Shown here: in pieces, positions 1 to 11,430 of the stretch
Numbering within the stretch: position 1 is the stretch's first letter
Layout of the letters: every line of letters starts with the position of its first letter
Origin: Octopus sinensis
Lineage: Eukaryota
Length of the DNA stretch: 64,000 bases
Direction: 5' to 3'
Assembly: GCF_006345805.1 (NCBI RefSeq)
Contig: NC_043007.1
Span: forward strand, 13,888,001 to 13,952,000
Notes under the pieces: model-generated
Seen by the model: the letters and a program-made list of their open reading frames with translations, nothing else
Told to the model about the DNA's origin: nothing
Database searches by the model: none
Translations under genes and position numbers: made by a program

Positions 1-120
1 TCAGGGAGTCGAGTGGATTGGCTTATAAATAGTTGAGTGGATCCTTTATAAATTTGTAACCTTGTAATATCATATATATACACACACACACACATGTACA
101 CATATACATACACAGTTGAG

Positions 121-349
121 TTAACCCATTCGTTACTGTATTTATTTTGAGATGTTCTGTGTTTCTTTCTATTACTTTAAATATAACAAAGAATTTAGTA
201 AAATAACTTCGTTATCATTAAGCTAGTGTCAGGAATATAAATTGTGACTAAGGTTTGGTGGACAATTTTAATTCAAAACTTATGAAAACAAGATATTTGT
301 ACTACAGAGCCAGAAACAACTTCAGCTGGGTTGGTATCAAAAGGGTTAA
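121..349. mobile_element. piggyBac-type MITE, copy 1 of an adjacent pair
   Basis: TTAA-CCCATTCG at the left end and AAAAGGG-TTAA at the right end; 229 bp; same family at 20153, 32362, 33489, 62176. Confidence 0.75.
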
Positions 350-372
350 GAATTGTTTCTCTATTATATATT

Positions 373-601
373 TTAACCCTTTTGTCACCCTATTTATTTT
401 GAAATGTTCTGTGTTTCTTTCAATTACTTTAGATATAACAAAGAATTTAGTAAAATAACTTCGTTATCATTAATCTAGTGTCAGGAACATAAATTGTGAC
501 TAAGGTTTGGTGGATGATTTTAATTCAAAACTTATGAAAACAAGATATTTGTACTACAGAGCCAGAGCCGGTTTCAGCCGGGTTGGTAATGAAAGGGTTA
601 A
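373..601. mobile_element. piggyBac-type MITE, copy 2
   Basis: TTAA-CCCTTTTG ... GAAAGGG-TTAA; 229 bp; direct repeat of 121-349 after a 23-bp spacer. Confidence 0.8.
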
Positions 602-1485
602 GCCATCATATATACATATATGTAAATATAAAAATATCTGAGTGTATGCATGTGTGTGTGTGTGTTCCTGTTTTCATTCACCTGTGTGAAAAGAATAATG
701 CAGTGGAATAAAGGAATAAAGGAATTCATTCACAGACTTCTTTCAGAGAGAGAAAATAACAAACCTTGTTAAAGACATGACTTAATACACACACACACAC
801 ACACATACAAACACGAACAGGGATCTACATAGAAGCAAGTTAGCCATGAAATATTGAGCTAAATAACATAAGACATAAGGAAGGCAGAAGAAACTGAAGA
901 ATGTAGCAAATAAAGAGCGATAGACAGATGGAGAGAGAGGAGGAGGTGGGGGGGATATAGAAGAGTGGGTAAGACTGATAAAGAGGGAAGGAAAGAGAGA
1001 GAGAGGAGAGACAGAGAGGGAGGAGTGATTGGCAGTGATGTGTGTTATATAGATATGGCGGAAAGGATACGGAGAGAGGGAGAGGCAGGAAAAAAGAAAA
1101 AAAAAAGAGTGAGGGAGGATACTTATTAGGTAGACAAGGAGACAGGCAGTTGGTCAGACATTAGAGGGTGTGGATAGTTAGAAAGGTGATGGATCGATCA
1201 ATAAGTGTCTTGCAGCACTACTGGACCATTTACCAGCAGAAAATGGTTATTGACCAACTGGAGGAGAGAGAGAGAAAAAGGGAGAGCAAGGAGTAGGGGA
1301 GGAAGTAGGAAGGAGAGAGAGAAAAAGAGCGTTTGTTTGTGCGTGTGTGTGTGTGTGTGTGTTTGTATATGTGTGTTGAGTTGAGTTGCTAGCTGGACAG
1401 TGGCTGACCATTAGCTGGCTATGGATTACTACTGGAAGGGATGGCTTAGAATGGCCAAGCCTAACTAAGAATTGCCAACCTATCA

Positions 1486-1580
1486 GGTTACAGCATGAAA
1501 GGCAACGAGGAACTTGGCTTCAGACTTGATTTGCGAAAAAGGCACTTCCAGGAAGTGAATGTCATTTGGTCAGGAATTTC
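1486..1580 (+). mobile_element. possible decayed CR1-like LINE 3' fragment
   Basis: translates as GYSMKGNEELGFRLDLRKRHFQEVNVIW, resembling the CR1 ORF2 C-terminal GHS.K...FRLD.RK.FF motif; recognised from memory only. Confidence 0.3.
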
Positions 1581-1918
1581 TAACCCCTAACCCCCCACCC
1601 ACACACACAGCCCACAAATGATGAGGATAGAGAAGAGGGTAAAAGATACAGAACAAGAGGAATACTAAATTAGGAAATCTGAACTGTTAATTAAAAGAGA
1701 AAACTGAAGGAGTAGGGCAACAAAATTAACCCCACTCGTTATTATAATTAAGCTGTGGATTAGCAGAATCAAAAGAAACACTAAATAAAATATAACAGCT
1801 ATTTATATATACCTGTGTGTGTGTGTATATATATATATATGGATATATATTTCAACGGTTTCCCTTGACATCAAAAATGTGACTAGACTATAAGAAACCA
1901 TTATAATAATTATAATCA

Positions 1919-2304
1919 CAAGCAGTATTGGCTGGTGTTGCCCAGGGTTGTTTCAACCCTTTAGAATTGGAATTTTTGAAAAGTAAAAATTTTGCATTAT
2001 GTAGCTTGATATTCTCTTTAAGTGAACATTTTTCTGGTTGAAATACACCGAAAAATGGCGACACAGCAGTAAAAAAATAGGGATTTTCATAGAAAAAAAA
2101 AGCACCTTTTTGATGTAAATAATTTTTGGTGTTAACATGGTCTGATTTGAATTTTATCTTCTACAAAATGAAGAGCAAGCCTTCTTCTATCATACTCTCA
2201 ATTTTGGTCTACTTGCGCCGCAGGATCTCAGAGGAGATAGTGTTAGTTGAAGGCTACCAAACCTGCCACACACAGACAACTTCATCTTTATATATATAGA
2301 GAGA
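1919..2304 (-). mobile_element. non-autonomous Helitron, family 1
   Basis: minus strand starts A|TCTCTCTATATATATAAAG and ends with a degenerate subterminal hairpin plus CTTG|T; homologous to 13070-13458 and 38849-39250. Confidence 0.75.
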
Positions 2305-2644
2305 TTATAGTTTCTTGTTATGGCTAACCATGTTTTCCCATTCATCTGGGGTTGTTAAAATATTGTGCTGGCTTAATTAGATTGTTTTCCACCCATCCCT
2401 GCCAAATATCTAGCCCTGTGCCTTTATTATAAACAAAGGCACCAGTGGGTTAAAAGTCACAGTGGAATATTCCTGTCAGTTCAAAGCCTGTCTGGTTTAA
2501 TGGGCTTCCCCATAAGGGTAGGTAAAACAGAACCCACCCCATAATTACTACATCTATTTTACTTAATATCAAGCACTGTACTCCAATTACAGAAGTAGTT
2601 ATCATCACTGGGATCAGATAAAGTACTTGTAATTATTCCAGTTC

Positions 2645-2760
2645 TTCATGCTCAGAGTTCAAATCCTGCCAGGGTAAACTTGGTTTTTTATCCTTCTGGG
2701 ATTTGATAAAATTAAGTTCCAATTAAGAGCTGAGATCAACGGCATCAACAAACCATATCT
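2645..2760 (+). mobile_element. degenerate family B SINE
   Basis: gagttcaaatcctgcc B-box followed by a tatccttctggga..gataaaattaagt core. Confidence 0.5.
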
Positions 2761-2820
2761 GCTCAAAAATGAGGACTGAGCAAATCAGAAATAATAATTA
2801 TTATTATTGTTAGCATTTTC

Positions 2821-3040
2821 TTGTGTCTGGGCAGAGTCGTTCTTTTTTAATGCTTTATCAATTTAACACACTCACAGGTCTGATTTCCACTCATTTATGA
2901 ATAAGTAAATGAGTGGAAATCGCACCGGTGTATTAAACTAATAAGGCACTAAATGAGAATGACCCTCCCCAGACACAATAAAATATGCTTCAACACACGA
3001 ATTTCAAAGTAATTCTTTGTATACAAACCACAAATTATTG
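2821..3040. mobile_element. fold-back fragment of a Penelope-like repeat
   Basis: 16-bp perfect inner arms (2882-2897 / 2906-2921) and outer arms ttgtgtctggg / cccagacacaa; homologous to the 33559-33823 insertion. Confidence 0.5.
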
Positions 3041-3060
3041 TCAGCAGAAAAACAAAGAAG

Positions 3061-3112
<52 letters not shown>

Positions 3113-3684
3113 ATAGTGATACCTCGGAGTATGAGTTTAATTTGTTCCATAACCAAGCTTGTCTTATGATTTACTTGTTTTGCAAATGAAATTTCATCAC
3201 CGAAATTAACTAAAATATAATTAATCTGTTCCAACCCCTCAAAACCACTCAAAAAATAATTTTTTAGGGGTTTTAAAATGGAAATAGTTACAAGTAAAAT
3301 GGCAGTTATAAAAATGAGAATGAAAAAAAAAATATGTAAACTGGTTTTATTAACGGAATTACCTTAAAGATGGGACGATTTGTGTGCTCCTAGTGCAGAT
3401 TTCTGCTTGTACTTTCAGACAAAAATTTATATGAGTCTCAGTTCGTACAAATTACTCGTACAATGGGGCACTCGTACTGCGAGGTTGTACCATATTAGGG
3501 TTTAAGAAATTTATAGAAAACAGAACAGAAAGCTCTTTTCCATTCCTTAACATCTAAAAACTGTAGGGGATTGTGGAAAAATCCATATACATAGATGCAC
3601 ACATGGAGGAAAAAAGTACTCAAAGCCATAGGCAGAGATTAATATATTATACTTTGGTCAAGTCAGTGTTTTGTTACTTTGCAC

Positions 3685-3757
3685 TTTGTCTGTGGGTGCA
3701 CAGGGTCTTCAGGTAAGTTATGACTTACCCAAAAGACCCTGTGCACCCACAGACAAA
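3685..3757. repeat. 73-nt hairpin with a 25-bp perfect stem and a 7-bp inner stem
   Basis: tttgtctgtgggtgcacagggtctt (3685-3709) is the exact reverse complement of 3733-3757; ggtaagt / acttacc closes a 4-nt loop. Confidence 0.95.
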
Positions 3758-3806
3758 ACCCAGTGTAGCAAGAGATGAACTCGACAAATATTATACATAT
3801 ATATAT

Positions 3807-4060
3807 ATTGGTAAAAACGGTAAGATAACAAAAGAAAGAAAGAGACCTCGATATTATGTAAATAGAGGCATTTTTCTGTAAATGTAATATGTGACAATTA
3901 TTTGGTAGCCAAGATAAAACTCTGAGTTTCGGATGCCGAAATCCCCACCACGGTGGTTGGATAACTGAAGATATGGTGGTGTGGATTTCCACCTCGGCAT
4001 CTGAAACTCAGAGTTTTATCTTGGCTACCGAATAATTGTCACATATTATATTTACTACAG
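3807..4060 (+). mobile_element. (TA)n-flanked Penelope-like non-autonomous element with a 62-bp inverted repeat
   Basis: arms 3878-3939 and 3994-4055 match at 59 of 62 positions; homologous copy at 41046-41245; TA tracts on both sides. Confidence 0.7.
3960..4020 (+). ncRNA. type I hammerhead ribozyme-like motif, stem II base degraded
   Basis: stem I GATAA/TTATC, core CTGAAGA (3965-3971), GAAA (4003-4006), stem III ACTC-A-GAGT, predicted GUU cleavage after 4015; base of stem II is U.U rather than G-C. Confidence 0.6.
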
Positions 4061-4385
4061 ATATATATATATAATTTCAGCAAAACAATTTAGATTCAAA
4101 TGAATATGGTACTTAACTTAGATGCACCAGAATTTTTTTAAGGTATTAACCATAAAATTATGTGGGGTGATTATAACCAAAAGATAAGCAACAAGAATGG
4201 ATCGGTAGTTTAGTACAATTGTTTCATACTATAAACATTTTATTAAAGCTGCAAATATTACAGCAAATATAATGTCAAGTACTCTTCAGCTAAATTTCAT
4301 ATAGGTTTTCCAAACATCTTAGAGAGTGTAAATATCCTTATAAAGTTATAGAAGTGAGTTCCAGGAACTTGAAGTAAGATTATAT

Positions 4386-4418
<33 letters not shown>

Positions 4419-5084
4419 GACATGTTGATCCTATGATTTATTTATAGACCTAGCCAGAAGACACTCCTATAATGAACCTGATCTATGTTACCAGTGAAAA
4501 ATACCCATTAAAACAATATTCAGTGTTTATTTAAAGAACACACACACACACACACCACACAAACATTCTCCAAATACTGTAGTAACAAAGTCTAACTGTA
4601 TAGAAATAACTGACAAACTTAAGACAACAATGCTACTATTAATAAAATATAGACACAAATATCAAAGAGGCAAACAAACAATAAATATTATGATAATTAC
4701 TACGACTAATACAAACAATATTTCCATGTTTAGGTTACAAATATGAAACTACCAACGAGGAATTTTGGTTATAGTGTTATTTTTCCTTCTTTTATTTTTT
4801 GCATTTTTTTTTTTTTTTTACTCCTTAATTAAAGAAATATCCAAACTAAGGAATGTGAAATGATCAATATTATATAATTAGTACTTTGGTTTAAATCTCA
4901 TTTATTTATTAATTTTTGGAAATTTTTTTCTTTCATTTATTTATTTTTGGCGAGTTTCATAAAAATTGTATAATGTGAAAGAGGATTTGAAAAATCCTTG
5001 CTGTCTCTCGAAAACTGGACATTTTTCAAACAAACTAATCAGTCTAACAAGAGATAAAAGATTACATACGAGCATGTGTATACA

Positions 5085-5093
5085 TATATATAC

Positions 5094-5126
<33 letters not shown>

Positions 5127-5150
5127 TATATAAAACACATGTGTGTATAC

Positions 5151-5210
<60 letters not shown>

Positions 5211-5225
5211 ATATATATGTATGTA
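5085..5225. repeat. (AT)n-rich microsatellite
   Basis: direct inspection. Confidence 0.95.
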
Positions 5226-6228
5226 TATATGGATGTCATATACATAATGTACATGTATGACATCAAAATATTAAAAATCAATAGTCAATTATTAGCGAAT
5301 GAAAATAATTGATTAGAACGGTGCGGTGGGGGGAGAGGGTATAAATTCCAAGAGAATTGGAATACAAATCATCAAAGCATTTCTATGGAAGTTAAAGTTT
5401 AAAAGCAAAATCATAATAATGACAACAGTAATGATGACAATAACAAGACTAATAATAAGAACAATAATAACGATAATAATAATAATAGTAATAATAATAA
5501 TAATGATAATAATGAAAGAATGTAAAAAAAAAAAAAAGAGGAAAATGATGTGCCCTCTCTCCATAAACCCATTTTCAAGCTAAGCAATTATCTACAGATT
5601 TCATAATAATGATGATGATGATGATGATGATGATTAATAACAATGAAAGCATTAACAACAACAATTATATTTGCAACATGTATGGAACTAGCTCTTTGTA
5701 TGTAGAATACAAAAAAAAAATTTTTTTTTTTTTAAATTTTAATCCATTCCTCATCAATGAAGTCTACAATGATATTGGTGACGATGGTGAGAACGCCGAT
5801 TTCTTTTATTTGCCTCAGGGGTGACAGATGACAGGGACTTTCTTTACAAGGGAAAGAAAAATGGTAAGGATTCACTGCAGGATTAGCAACAGAAGAAAAT
5901 CCAGTCGCAGAGAAGCACAGAATCTGAAAAGAGGCAGGCAAGCACCCAGGGGATAATTGTGGAATCCTAAAGGATTTATTTATTCTTGGTGTCAAAAGCA
6001 GAAATACCCTCTTCCAGCTGTAGTCCCCGGTTTATGGATGCAAGCCAAGACCCATTTGGAAAGGCCCATCTTTGCCACTGTTACATACCTTCCAAGAAAA
6101 ATTCTCCAGAAAGTAATGACTCCTTATCCACCCTCGTAACCCTTTTGTTACTACACTGATTAGGTTTTAATTAATTTTAAAAAACAATGAAGAATTTAGT
6201 GAAAGAACTGTAATTATTAAGTTGATAT

Positions 6229-6784
6229 TTGGAATATAAAAAGAAATTTTCATGCAGGGTTTCAATTTATATCGCTTTAAAAATAGGGATTTTGTGTCAC
6301 AGGACCAAGCGCGATCACTGGTCGATAATCTAAAAAGTTAAATTTAAGGACACAATCCAAAATTTGTTTGGAATAGAAAAAGAAATTTTCACGTAGGGTT
6401 TCAATTTATATCGCTTTAAAAATAGGGATTTTGTGTCACAGGACCAAGCGTGGTCACAGGTCGATAATCTAAAAAGTTAAATTTAAGGACACAATCCAAA
6501 ATTTGTTTGGAATAGAAAAAGAAATTTTCACGTAGGGTTTCAATTTATATCGCTTTAAAAATAGGGATTTTGTGTCACAGGACCAAGCGCGATCACTGGT
6601 CGATAATCTAAAAAATTAAATTTAAGGACACAATCCAAAATCTGTTTGGAATAGAAAAAGAAATTTTCACGTAGGGTTTCAATTTAAATCACATTGAAAA
6701 TAGGGATTTTGTGTCACAGGACCAAGCGTGGTCACAGGTCGATAATTAAAAGAATTAAATTTAAGGACACGATCCAAATTTGTG
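6229..6784. repeat. four 139-bp tandem units with ABAB alternation, inside a MITE-like element starting near 6137
   Basis: tttgtgtcac recurs at 6291, 6430, 6569, 6708; the variant site alternates gcgcgatcactggtc / gcgtggtcacaggtc. Confidence 0.95.
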
Positions 6785-6834
6785 GGAGGCAGTTGTCTGA
6801 TATAGTCAACTAGGGCACTTGGAAGATGCTTTGT

Positions 6835-6960
6835 ATGACCAACTTCCAGAGGGATGTAAGGTAAAGTCGACTAACTGGATTTGAACTCAAAGCATAAAGA
6901 GCTAGAATGAACACCGTAAATGGCATTTTGCCTGATGCTTGGAAGAACCATTCATGTTCC
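6835..6960 (-). mobile_element. degenerate family B SINE 5' part
   Basis: aaagtcgact..ggatttgaactc and attttgcctgatgct match the reverse complement of the family B head. Confidence 0.5.
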
Positions 6961-7672
6961 ATAGTTGAAGTCACTGCATGAAAGATTGTGGAATCACAAT
7001 TAATACCAACAGATGACATTGAGAGAAAGCATGTCAGTTTATATGTTTGTTTGGTGGCGATATTTAATTATTTTCTTGTTTTTATTTAGTCAAACAAGGT
7101 TTGAATTGAATGTTTTCGATAGATCTTTTCTAAATTACAGCCTAGCTATTGAGAAACACTGTTACACAACTACAACAACAACAGCAACAACAACCACAAC
7201 CACAACAACAGTGTTTTGTTTCAAAAATCGATATTTCTACTGAAATTATTCACTAATTTTGCTATATATCACCAATGCAAAAAGAGAAAGAAAAAAAAAA
7301 CACGAAAATAAACAATAAAGAAACAAAAAAAAAACCCCAACACAACACTTTATACATATACATGTCTGTAAAATTATATATGTGTGAGTATACACACACA
7401 CACCCAACATATATATACATATATACACACATTTACATATTATCATCATCATCATTTAACGTCCGCTTTCCATGCTAGCATACATATATATAATATATAT
7501 CTATATATATATATATATAAAATATATATATATATATATACATATATATAATACATAGATATATAATATATACTATATACATATATATATATACATATAT
7601 ATATATACATATATATATATACATGTGCATATCTACATATACACATTTGTATGTGTATATGTATTTATATGT

Positions 7673-7711
<39 letters not shown>

Positions 7712-8147
7712 CATACAAATACATATGTGTGTATGTGTTTATATGTACACACACACATTTATATATATATATATGAAGAGAGAGAGATAGATATAAATAT
7801 ATTTAAAACCCCTATTCAACATGACACTCATTATAAAACTTATGGACATATTAATTTAAATATTTTGCATGAACGACTATAGTATTATTGTACGAATAAT
7901 AGTTTCAGCAACAATATTAACAGTAAACATTCATGCAAATACTCTATGTATATGTAATAGATACACACACACACACACATATATATGTAAACGTCATACA
8001 CCTAATTAAAAAGAGATTACAGTATATTATATAAAACCACACATGAAAAAAAAAAAAAGACCAGTAAAATTATAGATATGTTAAAATAAAATTTGAGCCT
8101 GAGTACAGGTGTGTACAAACACATAAATTAGAATTTGTGTAATTTAG

Positions 8148-8195
8148 GTGCAGAGGAAAATAAAAAAAAATGAAGTACTCAATTCTCTCTTGAAG
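8148..8195 (+). CDS. candidate 48-nt internal exon (VQRKIKKNEVLNSLLK)
   Basis: ttgtgtaatttag acceptor, AAG|gtaaat donor, open in phase 0; no homology recognised. Confidence 0.25.
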
Positions 8196-8336
8196 GTAAA
8201 TATCTCAAATACACAGGAGAAGCTAGTTTTAACAGTGAAACTTCGAAGCAAGCTTTATTGACATTAGCAAATATTATTCCTGTTCTATGAAGGGTGTTTG
8301 AGTCTTTAGTTCAATACATGCTTAGTGTATCAGTGT

Positions 8337-8650
8337 GGAGGCGCAATGACCCAGTGATTAGGGCAGTGGACTTGTGGTTTCGATTCCCAGACTGGGCGTT
8401 GTGAGTGTTGGAGTGATAACACCTAATGCTCCACGAGGCTCCGACAGGGTGTGGTGGCGAACCCTGCTGTACTCTTTCACCACAACGTTCTCTCACTCTT
8501 TCTGTTGTCTACGTTTCAAAGGGCCACTTTTGTCACACACTGTGTCACTGAATCTCCCCGAAAACTACGTTGAGGGTACACATGCCTGTGGAGTACCCGA
8601 CCACTTGCACGTTAATTTCACGAGCTTGATTGGGGACATCACTTGTAACC
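8337..8650 (+). mobile_element. tRNA-derived SINE resembling the octopus OR-type families
   Basis: GGAGGCGCAATGACCCAGTGATTAGG A-box and GTTTCGATTCCC B-box followed by a non-tRNA body; homologous head at 11457. Confidence 0.8.
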
Positions 8651-8977
8651 AATCTTATTTTAGGCAGCTATTGCACCCTAATATTTAAAGTTTGAGATTC
8701 GGGCATAAATTTATCCTGAGTACTTGTTGTAGGTACCTATCACCTTAAGGCATTTGGCATCAAATTACCTGTAATTTATTTATTTTGATCACAACTTCCC
8801 AACGAATGGGAATGTGAAACTCTGAGTAGCAGTATTTTTGTGATGTATTTGCAATTTTAATAAAAAAAGCATATTACTCAGCCTTTGTGTGCGTGTGTAT
8901 ATATATATATATATATATATAGTTAAAAGTACTAAATCTATACCTCATTTTCATACAGGTAGCCAAGTAGATAAATA

Positions 8978-9008
<31 letters not shown>

Positions 9009-9628
9009 CTACACATATATAAATGTGTGGCCACTTTACAAAAAGACAATCCGTTATCAATTCCTGTTTCGAGTGCTTTCACGTCAAAACCTGACAAATG
9101 GTTCAAACTTCACTCTGACCCGACATAAAAAAAAAAGATATTCAAAATTTTTTACGTCACAAAAAAAAAAAGCGAAAAATAAAAAATAATAGGAAAAGTG
9201 AAGAAAAAACTAAAAAAGGTAGACTTGAGAGAGATAGGTAATGCTGTCCAACATGTAGAAACTAATATTACACAGGTACATGTGTAGTATGTGTGTATGT
9301 GTATGATGTAAGAATGTTACCTAACTATTTGTCGTCTATAAGTACATTTTGCTAAACTTGACATCAAACAAATTTCGTTTTTGTTTATTACATATTTATT
9401 TTTGCTATTATTTCCTGTGTTTTTAAATACATTTTATCGGGATTTAGCTTCTGATATGGATAAAGAGAAAAATAGAAAACTACGAAAAAAAAAAAAAAAA
9501 AAAAAAAAAAAAACAACAACAAAAAAAAAATACAGAAAATTTATTTTAAACATGGAAGGAGGTTGCCAAAAATATCGAGGCAGTTTAACAACCCTTGTCC
9601 ATATCATGCATAAATATTATATATATAA

Positions 9629-9639
<11 letters not shown>

Positions 9640-9659
<20 letters not shown>

Positions 9660-9893
9660 CACCCATATATCTATATATATATATACACCCATATTATTAT
9701 ATTATATATATATACACCATATATATTATATATATTACACCCATATATATATATATATATATATACACCCATATATATAATATATATATATATATACACC
9801 ACCCATATATATATATATATATATATATATACCCATATATATATATATATATATACACACCCATATATATATATATATATATATATATACACC

Positions 9894-9924
<31 letters not shown>

Positions 9925-9952
9925 CACCATATATATATATATATATATACAC

Positions 9953-9992
<40 letters not shown>

Positions 9993-10113
9993 CCATATAT
10001 ATATATATATATATATCACCACCCATAATATATATATCTATATTATATATATCTATATACACCATATATATATATATATATATATATACCCATATATATA
10101 TATATATATACAC

Positions 10114-10185
<72 letters not shown>

Positions 10186-10236
10186 TATACACCCATATAT
10201 ATATATATATAATATAATACACCATTTACATGCGTG

Positions 10237-10269
<33 letters not shown>

Positions 10270-10440
10270 CCCATATATATATATAATATACATTTACATG
10301 CGTGGTCTATATTATATATTATATATATATTTATATTATATATACCCATATATATATATATATATACATTTACATGGCGTGTCTATATTATATATATATA
10401 TATATATTTTATATATATATATATAATATATATATATAAC
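9640..10440. repeat. compound minisatellite of (TA)n runs punctuated by CACCC
   Basis: repeated atatatat..atacacccat units; source of the YIYI/HPYI ORFs. Confidence 0.95.
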
Positions 10441-11061
10441 CCATATATATATATATACATACATACACACTATATGCATTTACATGTGTGTGTGTGTGTG
10501 TGGTATATGCATTTACATGTGTGTGTACATATATGTATATACATATATATATGCATTTTGTGTATGTGTGTGTATATATGAATGCATGTGTGCGTGTTTG
10601 TGTGCATGTATTGGCGTGTTCATGATGCAAAAGTTTATTTAAAAAGGATTAACGACAATGCCACGTACAGCATCACCCCATCATACAGATGAGTCAGTCC
10701 TCTTGTATGGGGAGGCTGTCTATTAAACATAAACCATAGATCGAATGCATTGTTAATGACCATCCACTGAACATCATCTCAATGCAGCGCATTCTATGCG
10801 GTCATTCAACAAGCTAGAGATAGCAGCCAAATCTCTCTCAAATTGCAGAACGTGGTTTCAGAAGAGGAGGAGCACAGTGAGCTATATAGCGATAATTTAT
10901 GCAAAAAAAAAAAAAAGGCAAAAAAGAAAAGAAGAGGACCAGGCGGTCAGAGTTAAAATGCTTTTGTTTGTAGGCCTGCTCAATCTGAGTTAACCTGTGG
11001 TTAAAATAACAGTAACTGTTTTCTGAATATCTTCACATCTCATGAATGATATAGTGTAGCC

Positions 11062-11424
11062 CGGTGGTTCTCAAACAATTTTTTATCAATGGACCCCTTT
11101 GATTACTCCTTTTATTCTGGTGGACCCCTATAGCTATTCGACGGTTTAAAAAACTAGTTTTATAGATATTTCTTTTGAAATTCCTGCATTGTTGCCCCCC
11201 ATATTAACTCATGTAGGGGTGAACTATGCAAAACATCAGAGAAAGAAACCCAGCTGTTTCTTGTAATACATACCAATACATACCCTAAATCAAAAATTTT
11301 TCAGGGTCCCTTAAATACTGTTGTGAATCCCCAATTTACTATTTTGTTGCATGGACCCCTCACCCCCACCCAAAATCTTATATAGACCCTCAGGGGCCAC
11401 ATGAACCCCGGTTGAGAACCTCTA
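11062..11424. mobile_element. hAT-type MITE
   Basis: termini CGGTGGTTCTCAAA ... GTTGAGAACCTCTA with subterminal GGACCCC repeats; no 8-bp TSD visible. Confidence 0.65.
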
Positions 11425-11430
11425 CTTCGA

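Noticed and set aside
1953-2138. Recurrent peptide MKIPIF..HNAKFLLFK in ORFs at 1953, 13277 and 38779
   Set aside because: Repeated only because the ORFs lie in copies of one non-autonomous Helitron; frames are not preserved between copies
5750-6136. Possible exons (minus KSLSSVTPEANKRNRRSHHRHQYHCRLH*, plus VTDDRDFLYKGKKN)
   Set aside because: Splice-like sites occur on both strands, frames are short and conflicting, and no family is recognised
6229-6784. Regularly spaced repeats as a possible CRISPR array (also 20508-20696 and 45063-45769)
   Set aside because: Units are contiguous with no unique spacers, there are no cas genes, and the context is eukaryotic
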